Part shown: positions 53,375-63,313 of the stretch, piece after piece | Position numbering within the stretch: the first letter of the stretch is position 1 | How the letters are laid out: each line of letters begins with the position of its first letter | DNA from: an uncultured Eubacteriales bacterium | GTDB lineage: Bacteria > Bacillota > Clostridia > Oscillospirales > CAG-272 | Assembly (NCBI GenBank): GCA_934402395.1 | Contig: CAKRTQ010000006.1 | Location: forward strand, 16,964-80,963 | DNA length: 64,000 bases | Direction of reading: 5' to 3' | Position numbers and translations under genes: made by a program | Notes under the pieces: generated by a model | Seen by the model: the letters and a program-made list of their open reading frames with translations, nothing else | Told to the model about the DNA's origin: nothing | Database searches by the model: none

Positions 53375-53403
53375 ATTATACCATAAAAAAACGCAGTCTG
53401 CAA
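53375..53403 (-). promoter_or_regulatory. promoter (TTGCAG-17-TGgTATAAT) of surface-protein gene 51613-53328
   Basis: Read on the minus strand: -10 at 53380-53375 and -35 at 53403-53398. Confidence 0.55.
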
Positions 53404-53441
53404 TAGAAATACAGCATTTTGCAACAAAAAAGATTCAAAAA

Positions 53442-53475
53442 GGGCTGCCAAAAACATCGAGTTTTTAACAGCCCC
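53442..53475. repeat. degenerate copy of the palindromic repeat (copy 5)
   Basis: GGGCTGCCAAAAACATCGAGTTTTTAACAGCCCC lies between the two paralogous surface-protein genes. Confidence 0.55.
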
Positions 53476-53498
53476 GGAAATCATTATTGTATCGTATT

Positions 53499-54464
53499 TT
53501 ATTTCTCGCGTACAGCCTTGACTGTCACAGCGGTGCCGAGCATGGCAACAATAGCTATAACAAGAAGGATAACGGCGGTGTTATCGCCGGTAACGGGAGA
53601 GGTCGGCTCGGTCGTGGGAGCGTCCGTTGTGGGAGCATCGGTCACAGGAGCATCGGTGGTGGGAGTCTCGGGCTGAGTGGCGGGAGCTTCGGTCTCGGTT
53701 GACAGAGCAGTGAGATCGCCCTTGAACACCTGGAAGTCCTTGGCGATAACGCCTGAATTCTTGTTGTAAACGTAGAATGCAATACCGAACTTATTGGATT
53801 TTGCAAACTCTTCGGCAGTACCGATGTGCTTGTCAAACAGCACGTTGTTGAAGTATACGGCAAAATCGTAGCCGTCAACAACGATCATGAACTCTGCAAA
53901 ACCGTCGGCATTGGCTTCCTGAGCAGCCTTGAAATCATACTTTGCATATGCAGAACCGTCGCAAAGGAGCGAACCGTCATCTTTTTTTACGGAACCGGTA
54001 GCTTTTCCGCCGCCCTTGCCGAGGCTCATATCGTTGTTATCCTGTCTGCCGCCGTAAAAGCCGTAGAGATTTTCGTATGTAGCACCGTCATTGGGGTAGT
54101 TGATGTACACACCGGCATTGGTTCCGAATATCTGGACTTTGCCCTTGAGCGTGTAGCTCTTGCCCTCGCCGATCTCGAGTCCGGCGATTTCGCCGCCGTA
54201 CCAGAATCTGCCCTTGGCAGCGGATTCGTGAGTGAGCGTGAGTGTCTTACCGCCATCGGATGTTTCAACAGTGCATTCCTTTGCCTTGCTGATGACATCG
54301 GGAATGTACACGCCTTCTTTGGCGCCGAACACGACATCGTAAAGCAGCTCGCCTGCTTTGGCATCGTCGTAGCTCTTTGCAAGCTCGTTTGCGGCGGAAA
54401 CGGACATGCAGAGCATTGCACCGATCATCACAGCGCAGAGGAGTACCGAAAGAATCTTCTTCAT
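53499..54464 (-). CDS. cell-wall-sorted surface protein, single-module paralog of 51613-53328, SPXTG sorting signal
   Basis: Track ORF 53499..54545, refined to ATG 54464 (MKKILSVLLCAVMIGAMLCMSVSAANE). C-terminus TEPTSPVTGDNTAVILLVIAIVAMLGTAVTVKAVREK. Confidence 0.8.
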   Translation of the reverse strand: MKKILSVLLCAVMIGAMLCMSVSAANELAKSYDDAKAGELLYDVVFGAKEGVYIPDVISKAKECTVETSDGGKTLTLTHESAAKGRFWYGGEIAGLEIGEGKSYTLKGKVQIFGTNAGVYINYPNDGATYENLYGFYGGRQDNNDMSLGKGGGKATGSVKKDDGSLLCDGSAYAKYDFKAAQEANADGFAEFMIVVDGYDFAVYFNNVLFDKHIGTAEEFAKSNKFGIAFYVYNKNSGVIAKDFQVFKGDLTALSTETEAPATQPETPTTDAPVTDAPTTDAPTTEPTSPVTGDNTAVILLVIAIVAMLGTAVTVKAVREK

Positions 54465-54512
54465 TGTTGTTTCACCTTTCTTTTTCCGGCATACCGCCGG
54501 ATCATTGAGTTC

Positions 54513-54541
54513 ATTATACCACAGTGCCGAATTGAAATCAA
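54513..54541 (-). promoter_or_regulatory. promoter (TTGATT-17-TGgTATAAT) of surface-protein gene 53499-54464
   Basis: Read on the minus strand: -10 at 54518-54513 and -35 at 54541-54536. The architecture is duplicated from the paralog upstream region. Confidence 0.55.
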
Positions 54542-54603
54542 GCATTTTATAAATATTCGCAACAAAAAATATGATTTTGGAAAAACAATATCACACGCGG
54601 CGC

Positions 54604-56982
54604 TCAATCGGCGTTTTCGATTTCAAGTCCGGCGAACATATATTTGTTGGTCGAAACGGTAAGCGGCTTGCCCGACGATGTGACAATCCCCTTCACAGTT
54701 ATCTTTTCAGTCATGTGCATGGGGTATTCCGACAGGTATCCCGCGCTGCTGAACGCAGGGTTGAAATCGGAAAATACGACCGGTCCGGCGTATGTCGATG
54801 CGGACGGTTTTTTGTCGACTATCTCAAGTCCGTCAATAGTCACTGTACGGGGGAGGTAGCACTCGTATCCGAAATCATGCCCGCCCTTGTTTGACCCTCC
54901 GATTATCACGGCATCGCACTTTGCACCGTTTGCGGGAATGTATTTGCAATTGCGGATGATGATATCGCCGTTCCAGGTGCTTCCGTAATCCGAACGCAGA
55001 TTGATGAAATTATTGCTGTACACAGTGGTATTTTCAATAAGTGCCGTACCGTGACCTATCAGGTTTATCCCGTGGTGTCCGAGGCGGCAGTTTCTCAGTG
55101 TAACATTGTAAACGCCCTGGTGCGCGTCAAAGCGCGAGAAGGTGACATTTTCAAACACGATGTTTTTGGAATAGTTGGATGCGAAAATGCCCCACAGCTT
55201 TTTATTGTTTATGTCGTTTGACTGGTATGTATCCGCAACGATAAGCCCTATGCAGGAATCTGATGTGATATCGTACGTTCCCATGCTTACCGTCTTGCCC
55301 GCACTGCCTATCGCCGTGTACGTCCTGTGACCTGTAAGTATGCAGCGGCGCACCTCCGAATCGGCGGCGCCGTTGAATATGAGAAAACCGAAATACGGCG
55401 CACCGTTCGACCCCTCGCCCTCGATGTAGTGTTCAAGTCTGTCTACAACGACGTTTGAACGGTATATGCGGATGCCCCGGTAATAATACCCCTTTTCTTT
55501 ATCCGCATTCGCCAGCGTGGTAAATACGCCGCCGCGCAGGTAAAGCTTTTCGGTGTCTATCTGACGCGCCACAGCAGACGTTACCTTGTCAAAATCCCAG
55601 AGTATCGGCGTATCGGCGGAAACATTGCCATCCTTGTCAACACGGATTATGTCGCGCTGGTCGGTGCCGTTGTTCTGGTTGTTGCCGTAGCGTATGTACA
55701 TCTTTTTTTCTTTGTTCGTTACTGTAACGATGCAGTCGCCCGGCAGTTTTACTCCTATGTTCTTCTGCCCCGCCGAAAGCTTTTCTATACCCGAAAGCGT
55801 GATAAGGGCGTTTTCCGGCATTACGACGAAGATCTCCTTTGAACGGTTTTCCACCGACCTGTCATCGAATATGAAATGCGCGGTGCTCCAGTCGGTATCG
55901 GTGCGCACGACCGTTGTACGCGCCGTACCGCCGATGTAATATGTGGCGTCCTCGCGCGCAAAAACGGGAAGCCGTACGCTGTTTGCGTATTCATGAGCAG
56001 CCGATATCGCCGCACCGTCATCGGTCTTGCCATCGCCTGCCGCTCCGAAGTCCTCGTACATCACCACATCACCGTACTTTGCCGAAAAAACGACTCCGCT
56101 ACCAAGCTCGTATGTGCCGTTTGGGGCAGCTTCCGCAAGCGCATCAGCCGCTGCGCGTATACCGCGCGTCAGACCGCCGCGCTCATTGCCCGTAATGCGG
56201 ATATCTTTTTTATCATCGCATTCAACGGTGAATTCGCCCGCATCCTTGCCGTTTGCGGCGGTAAGGGATATGACGATGTTGTGACCGCTCTTTTCTTTGG
56301 TCTCCGCCTCGGGAAGAAGTATTCCGGAAGCGCGGAACACCTCGCGGCGCAGGCTTGCCGCAGCAATGCTGCACAGCTCATTGCCAGATGGGATCACGAG
56401 CCTGTATTCTCCGAGTGAAACACCGCCCGCTGTAATGTCGGAAAGCGGCGCGCCGCTGTATCCGAAGATCACAAGACCATCGGGAATATCAAACGCGCCA
56501 GACGACGGAATCATTGCCGCAAAACGACTTGCCGCCTCCGCAATTCCGGCATCTCCGCCGGATATGACGATCTTACTGCCCGATACGGCTATGCAGTAGC
56601 CGCCGTCGCCGAGCTCGCTCCAGTCCGGCACCGGAAAAGCCGCCTGTGTGCGCATTGTATTGCCAACCAGAATTTCGTACTCGGGCGGTTCGCCTATGTC
56701 AAGATCGTATTTATAGTCGATAGTGACGCCTGCCGCCTCAAATGCGCGGCTTATCGTACGTCCCGCCGCGACCGCCGCACTGTCGGAATCAACATCTATC
56801 GACCTCGTTACCACAAATGCGGTCTTGCGGTCATCGCCGAATATTCTGACAGACTCCACCGTGTCCTCTGTGGTTGTCTCAGGCTCGGAGGTTCCGGTCT
56901 CACCGCCCCCCTGCTGCTTACAACCTGCAAGCAGACCCCAAAGGAGCAATGCGGAAACAAAAAACGGGATGATTCTTTTCAT
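54604..56982 (-). CDS. lipoprotein with right-handed parallel beta-helix (pectate-lyase-3/GH28-related) domain
   Basis: Lipobox LLWGLLAGC. YEDFGAAGDGKTDDGAAISAAHEYAN is typical of the Pectate_lyase_3 N-cap. Beta-helix-like repeats fill the C-terminal half. Confidence 0.7.
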   Translation of the reverse strand: MKRIIPFFVSALLLWGLLAGCKQQGGGETGTSEPETTTEDTVESVRIFGDDRKTAFVVTRSIDVDSDSAAVAAGRTISRAFEAAGVTIDYKYDLDIGEPPEYEILVGNTMRTQAAFPVPDWSELGDGGYCIAVSGSKIVISGGDAGIAEAASRFAAMIPSSGAFDIPDGLVIFGYSGAPLSDITAGGVSLGEYRLVIPSGNELCSIAAASLRREVFRASGILLPEAETKEKSGHNIVISLTAANGKDAGEFTVECDDKKDIRITGNERGGLTRGIRAAADALAEAAPNGTYELGSGVVFSAKYGDVVMYEDFGAAGDGKTDDGAAISAAHEYANSVRLPVFAREDATYYIGGTARTTVVRTDTDWSTAHFIFDDRSVENRSKEIFVVMPENALITLSGIEKLSAGQKNIGVKLPGDCIVTVTNKEKKMYIRYGNNQNNGTDQRDIIRVDKDGNVSADTPILWDFDKVTSAVARQIDTEKLYLRGGVFTTLANADKEKGYYYRGIRIYRSNVVVDRLEHYIEGEGSNGAPYFGFLIFNGAADSEVRRCILTGHRTYTAIGSAGKTVSMGTYDITSDSCIGLIVADTYQSNDINNKKLWGIFASNYSKNIVFENVTFSRFDAHQGVYNVTLRNCRLGHHGINLIGHGTALIENTTVYSNNFINLRSDYGSTWNGDIIIRNCKYIPANGAKCDAVIIGGSNKGGHDFGYECYLPRTVTIDGLEIVDKKPSASTYAGPVVFSDFNPAFSSAGYLSEYPMHMTEKITVKGIVTSSGKPLTVSTNKYMFAGLEIENAD

Positions 56983-57007
56983 GTCTGCACCTCTTTTTTA
57001 ACAATGA

Positions 57008-57038
57008 GGGGTTGTCGCGCATAATGCGCGGCAACCCC
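57008..57038 (-). terminator. hairpin downstream of groEL (no clear U-tract)
   Basis: GGGGTTGTCGCGC-ataat-GCGCGGCAACCCC, 20 nt after the groEL stop. Confidence 0.45.
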
Positions 57039-57057
57039 GATCGCAGTTATTCTGTTA

Positions 57058-58701
<1,644 letters not shown>

Positions 58702-58728
58702 TTATCCTCCAGTTATATTGTCCTGCGT

Positions 58729-59101
<373 letters not shown>

Positions 59102-59113
59102 CCTACGCGTATA

Positions 59114-59141
59114 ATTGTACCACTATATTGAAAAAAATCAA
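59114..59141 (-). promoter_or_regulatory. groESL promoter (TTGATT-16-TACAAT)
   Basis: Read on the minus strand: -35 at 59141-59136 and -10 at 59119-59114. CIRCE begins about 13 nt downstream. Confidence 0.5.
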
Positions 59142-59259
59142 GGGGTAAACGCGTGAATTAACACTTATTTAACAATTTATTTTAGCACCCGCCTTTGTAA
59201 TTGCCAACGCGCGCACCGAATATATTTTAATTGAAAGATGCGGTCGGAGGGCGTTCATT

Positions 59260-60651
59260 ATGCTGGAATTTATAAACACATATGTGATCGGAGCCGTGCT
59301 GCCGTCGGTCCTTACGGCGGCGGGTATTTTTTTCGGGATATACACAGGCGTTTGGCGGCGGCGCACTGTCGGCGCGGGAATGCGCGCTCTATGTGACAGG
59401 GAACACGGCGGCAAAACACATGACGGTATTTCGCCCCTGCGTGCTCTTTCGGTGGCTCTCGCAGGGGTGCTCGGAGTGGGCAATATTGTCGGCGTTTCAG
59501 CCGCAATATGGTGGGGCGGCGCGGGTGCCGTCTTCTGGATGTGGCTGTCGGCTCTTCTTGCAGCATCGCTAAAGTATGCCGAAACCGTGCTCGGGGTAAA
59601 GTTCCGCCAAAACGATGGTAAAAGACTTCGCGGAGGTGCGCCGGTATATATAAGGAAAGCGTTTGAAAAGCACCGCATGCCGCACCTCGGCGCTTTTTTG
59701 GGCGCGTTGTTTTCTCTGCTTTGCATTGTTGACGCGCTCAGTATGGGCTGTATCGTTCAGGTCAATGCCGTCTCCGGTGCGCTTGAAGGTTCATTCGGAC
59801 TTGACCGCCGCATCTGCGGGGTCCTGATGGCTTTGACGGCATTTGCGATCGCCTCGGGCGGACTCGGGCGAATCTCCGCCGCCTGCTGTGCGCTCGTACC
59901 GTTCATGACAGCAGGATTCACACTGCTATCGGCAGCAGTGATCATAATACGCGCACCGGAACTGCCGCGCGTTTTCGGTGAAATAATGAGCGGAGCGTTC
60001 TCGTTCATAAGTGAAGAAAAAGCGCGCGCCGACGGCGCGCAGGAAATATTTGCGGGCATCGGCGGCTTTTTTGTCTCCCGCGCGGTGCGGTACGGCGTCA
60101 TGCGCGGTCTTATATCAAACGAAGCCGGCTGCGGCACATCTCCGCTCGCCCATTCCACCGCCGACACCGATTCCGCAGCTCGTCAGGGCTTTCTCGGCAT
60201 CGTCGAGGTCATAGTGGATACCGTCATTCTCTGCACCGCTACCGCTCTTGTAATTCTCGCCAATTATGCTGATGTCGCAATTTACGGCGAAAACTCGGTC
60301 ATGATGACCATAGGAGCATATGCCGCCACGCTCGGCAGCTGGGCGCAGCCGGTGCTTGCCGTCGCGGTGCTGCTTTTCGGGCTTGCGACCGTTATCTGCT
60401 GGGCGTATTACGGTCAGGAATGCATATTTTTTCTCGGGCTTTCTCCGTCCCGCACCCGCATTGCCGTGCGGATATTCAACCTGCTGTACGCAGCTGCGGC
60501 GTATATCGGAGCCGTTTCTCCCCCCGGCGGCGTATGGACGCTTGCGGATTTTTCAATAGGACTTATGACATTCATCAACATTGCCGCGCTCATACTTCTG
60601 CGGCGCGATGTGAAAAAGGAAACAGAGCGCTTCGCAAACAAAAAAGCATGA
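59260..60651 (+). CDS. alanine/glycine:cation symporter (AGCS family amino-acid carrier)
   Basis: 463 aa, polytopic. GISPLRALSVALAGVLGVGNIVGVSAAIWWGGAGAVFWMW matches the AGCS signature region. Confidence 0.88.
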   Translation: MLEFINTYVIGAVLPSVLTAAGIFFGIYTGVWRRRTVGAGMRALCDREHGGKTHDGISPLRALSVALAGVLGVGNIVGVSAAIWWGGAGAVFWMWLSALLAASLKYAETVLGVKFRQNDGKRLRGGAPVYIRKAFEKHRMPHLGAFLGALFSLLCIVDALSMGCIVQVNAVSGALEGSFGLDRRICGVLMALTAFAIASGGLGRISAACCALVPFMTAGFTLLSAAVIIIRAPELPRVFGEIMSGAFSFISEEKARADGAQEIFAGIGGFFVSRAVRYGVMRGLISNEAGCGTSPLAHSTADTDSAARQGFLGIVEVIVDTVILCTATALVILANYADVAIYGENSVMMTIGAYAATLGSWAQPVLAVAVLLFGLATVICWAYYGQECIFFLGLSPSRTRIAVRIFNLLYAAAAYIGAVSPPGGVWTLADFSIGLMTFINIAALILLRRDVKKETERFANKKA

Positions 60652-60683
60652 ACCGACACTCATTGCTCGTGACACAAAAAACA

Positions 60684-60712
60684 TTGACATCTCCTCCGGC
60701 ACATGCTATAAT
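60684..60712 (+). promoter_or_regulatory. sigma-A promoter (TTGACA-17-TGcTATAAT) inside the 3' end of / just after the symporter gene
   Basis: TTGACA at 60684-60689 and TATAAT at 60707-60712, with TG at 60704-60705. Confidence 0.55.
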
Positions 60713-60719
60713 GGAAGAA

Positions 60720-61220
60720 ATGAAAGGAGCAAGCAAAAAGAAGCAACTGAGGCTGTTTATCATCATCTCAGCGGCAATAGTCACTGTCATTGCAGCGGCG
60801 ATCATCGCATCGGAGCTTACACTCGGACACATCGTTTCGGCAAATGTTGTATGCACCGGTTCGAGTTGCTCAACGCCTGTCTTTGACGGCGTTGCGCTGA
60901 AAGCCGATCTCAACGATTTTTCCTTTTCGGTAAGAAACGCGGAAAGCCTTGCACAGGTAAAAAAGCTCGCGGACCGCGCCAAAAGCATTGACAGGTCTGA
61001 AAAACTCAACCCCTTTTCCGGGACCATAGTGTCGCCGACATGGACCATACAGATCGAATATCATTATTCATCCGGACGTTCAAAAACGGTAAAGTACCGT
61101 GGTCACGCCGATCTTGAGATATCAGATATAATACTTGATCTCAACGACCGCGAACTGTTTCTCACCGACGTACCGCGTGATATGATCGCTCCACCCGGAA
61201 CGACATCCGTTGAAGAATAA
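60720..61220 (+). CDS. small membrane-anchored protein of unknown function (possibly leaderless mRNA)
   Basis: The track ORF 60420..61220 overlaps the symporter gene in its 5' part. The plausible product starts at MKGASKKKQLRLFIIISAAIVTVIAAAIIAS, with one TM helix and then a ~130-aa soluble domain. ATG 60711 lies inside the -10 box, and ATG 60720 coincides with the expected TSS. Confidence 0.5.
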   Translation: MKGASKKKQLRLFIIISAAIVTVIAAAIIASELTLGHIVSANVVCTGSSCSTPVFDGVALKADLNDFSFSVRNAESLAQVKKLADRAKSIDRSEKLNPFSGTIVSPTWTIQIEYHYSSGRSKTVKYRGHADLEISDIILDLNDRELFLTDVPRDMIAPPGTTSVEE

Positions 61221-61239
61221 TTCGCTTACACATACAAAT

Positions 61240-61441
61240 GGGGCTGTTAAATAACTCGATGTTTTTAACAGCCCCTCAAAATGCCGGTCGGGGTTCCGGC
61301 ATTTTTGATGCGATCTTGGTCGGTTTTGCCCGCAGTGTTCTTATCTTCTCGGTTTTTATACGGCAAAACGGCGGTGTTCAGCCGCCGAGACCAAGACGAC
61401 GGGGGTGTTAAAAAACTCAAATTGAGTTTTTTAACACCCCC
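61240..61441 (-). repeat. MITE-like composite repeat element, copy E2, bounded by two copies of the palindromic repeat (copies 6 and 7)
   Basis: 61401-61441 is GGGGGTGTTAAAAAACTCAAATTGAGTTTTTTAACACCCCC. 61240-61275 is GGGGCTGTTAAATAACTCGATGTTTTTAACAGCCCC. The internal 28-nt core at 61360-61387 is the exact complement of 9582-9609. The element begins 6 nt after the hisS stop. Confidence 0.7.
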
Positions 61442-61446
61442 AGTGA

Positions 61447-62679
61447 TCAATATTCAACGAATTCGCTGTATCCGTCGTCGGCGAGCTTGGTCTTCTGGAA
61501 ACCGACATTCTTCATACGCGGTGTGACAAGCACACGCGCACCCTCTGCTCTGAGCTGTGCAGCATCGGAAAGCATTGCAAGCATTTTCTCCTCATCCATA
61601 TTTTTGGAAGCAAGGAACGCCACACTCCGCTCGGCTGCCGGCGGTTCAAATCCGCGGTCGGCAAGCGCCGCTACTATTCGTTCAAAGCCGAGCGAAAAAC
61701 CGCACGCCGGAGTCTTTTGCCCCGAAAACTTTGCAAGCATCTCGTCGTATCTTCCGCCGCCGCCGACCGAATAACCGTAGCCGTCCATACTGATCTCAAA
61801 GATCGTGCCGGTATAATAGGACATTCCGCGGACAAGCGTGGGGTCGAATTTCAGGCTGCATCCGCCCGCAGTTGCGGCAGTCGCGCAGCGCATAATGCCT
61901 TCAAGAGACGCCGCGATATCGGCTCCGTTGCCGCCGAGACGCTCGGCTGCAAATTCGGAAACGCTCACGCAGCCGCAATCCTCATAAAGTGAAACGTATT
62001 TTTCCACCGATTCAGGAGCAAAACCTTCTTCTGTCAGCTCTTTTTTTACACCGTCAAGTCCTATCTTGTCCATCTTATCAAGCGTGATGAAGACCTTGTC
62101 GCAGTCCTCGGGCTTGAAGCCGCAAAAATCAGCACAGACCTTGAGCAGGCGGCGGTCGTTGATGCGGACCGTGAAATTATCAAAACCCAGCTCGCGCAAA
62201 ACACCCGTCGTGGCGGAGATAAGCGTGATCTCGGCAAGCGGTGTGGCATCGCCGAGAATGTCGATATCACACTGAGTAAACTGACGGAAGCGTCCCTTCT
62301 GCGGGCGGTCGGCGCGCCAGACGTTACCTATCTGCATAGCCATAAACGGAGACGAGAGCTTTGCCTGATTATTGGCATAGTATCTTGAAAGCGGAACCGT
62401 CAGGTCATAGCGCAGACCGCTGTCGCACAGCTCCGCATCGCCGTTTGCGGCTTCGTTGAGCTTTTCGCCGCGCTTCATGATCTTGAATATCAGCTTTTCG
62501 TTATCACCGCCGTTTTTGCCGGTCAGATTTTCTATATGCTCGACAGCCGGAGTTTCTATCATGGAAAATCCGCTTTTTTCATACGCACGGATTATAACGC
62601 TTTTTACATATTCGCGAAGTCTTGTTTCCCGGGGAAGGTAATCGTTCATTCCCTTTGTCGGAGTCTTTATAAGTTGCAT
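61447..62679 (-). CDS. hisS: histidine--tRNA ligase
   Basis: Track ORF 61447..62754, refined to ATG 62679 (MQLIKTPTKGMNDYLPRE). Class II motifs: RYDLTVPLSRYY, FRQFTQCDIDILG and GGGGRYDEM. A C-terminal anticodon-binding domain is present. Confidence 0.93.
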   Translation of the reverse strand: MQLIKTPTKGMNDYLPRETRLREYVKSVIIRAYEKSGFSMIETPAVEHIENLTGKNGGDNEKLIFKIMKRGEKLNEAANGDAELCDSGLRYDLTVPLSRYYANNQAKLSSPFMAMQIGNVWRADRPQKGRFRQFTQCDIDILGDATPLAEITLISATTGVLRELGFDNFTVRINDRRLLKVCADFCGFKPEDCDKVFITLDKMDKIGLDGVKKELTEEGFAPESVEKYVSLYEDCGCVSVSEFAAERLGGNGADIAASLEGIMRCATAATAGGCSLKFDPTLVRGMSYYTGTIFEISMDGYGYSVGGGGRYDEMLAKFSGQKTPACGFSLGFERIVAALADRGFEPPAAERSVAFLASKNMDEEKMLAMLSDAAQLRAEGARVLVTPRMKNVGFQKTKLADDGYSEFVEY

Positions 62680-62771
62680 TTTTATTTTTCCTTTTTTCTT
62701 CCCCGCGCCTTGCGGAGGCTTTTTATCTGATATATTATACATTATGAGCGGCAAAATGTCAATCTTTCAGA

Positions 62772-62816
62772 CAAAAAAAGCTCGGGGCTGACGCGCTAAT
62801 GCGCGTCAGCCCCGAG
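62772..62816 (-). terminator. rho-independent terminator after rplQ
   Basis: The minus strand reads CTCGGGGCTGACGCGC-atta-GCGCGTCAGCCCCGAG followed by CTTTTTTTGTC. Confidence 0.85.
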
Positions 62817-62849
62817 GACCTATATAAGTCAGACTTATTCAGCCTTGGC

Positions 62850-63260
62850 TTAGTCGATCTTTTCTTCAGCCTTTGCAGCTTTTTTCTTGCTCTTTTCCTC
62901 GACCTTTTCGTCAACACTCTTGGTCAGAGTGATGATAGCCATCTCAGCGGCATCGCCGCGGCGGGGACCGAGCTTGTAAATAGCGGTGTAACCGCCGTTT
63001 ACATCGGCGTAAAGAGGAGCTATCTGTGTAAACAGCTTAGCAACTACCTCCTCTTTGGTAATATAAGCAAGAGCGGCACGGCGGCTTGCAAGTGTATTTT
63101 CTTTGCCGAGAGTGATCATCTTATCAGCCATCGCGCGAACTTCCTTCGCACGTGTGAGAGTCGTCTCGACCTTACCGTTCTCAAGCAGATATGTCACAAG
63201 TCCGCGAAGCATCGCGTTTCTGTGAGCAGTGGGTCTGCCGAGCTTTCTGGTTCCGGGCAT
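62850..63260 (-). CDS. rplQ: 50S ribosomal protein L17
   Basis: [42 protein letters not shown], with a lysine/glutamate-rich C-terminal extension. Confidence 0.97.
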   Translation of the reverse strand: MPGTRKLGRPTAHRNAMLRGLVTYLLENGKVETTLTRAKEVRAMADKMITLGKENTLASRRAALAYITKEEVVAKLFTQIAPLYADVNGGYTAIYKLGPRRGDAAEMAIITLTKSVDEKVEEKSKKKAAKAEEKID

Positions 63261-63313
63261 CTTATGCTCCCTCCTTAATGTTTCTTTTCGTTTCGCTTTA
63301 CCCTGCCCCGCGC

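Noticed and set aside
59102-59259. Glycine or other riboswitch upstream of the AGCS symporter gene.
   Set aside because: The region is short and is taken up by the divergent groESL promoter and CIRCE. No conserved glycine-riboswitch core motifs were recognisable.
62680-62849. T-box riboswitch upstream of hisS.
   Set aside because: The interval is only about 170 nt and is largely occupied by the rplQ terminator. I saw no specifier-loop or T-box (AGGGTGGNACCGCG-like) sequence.
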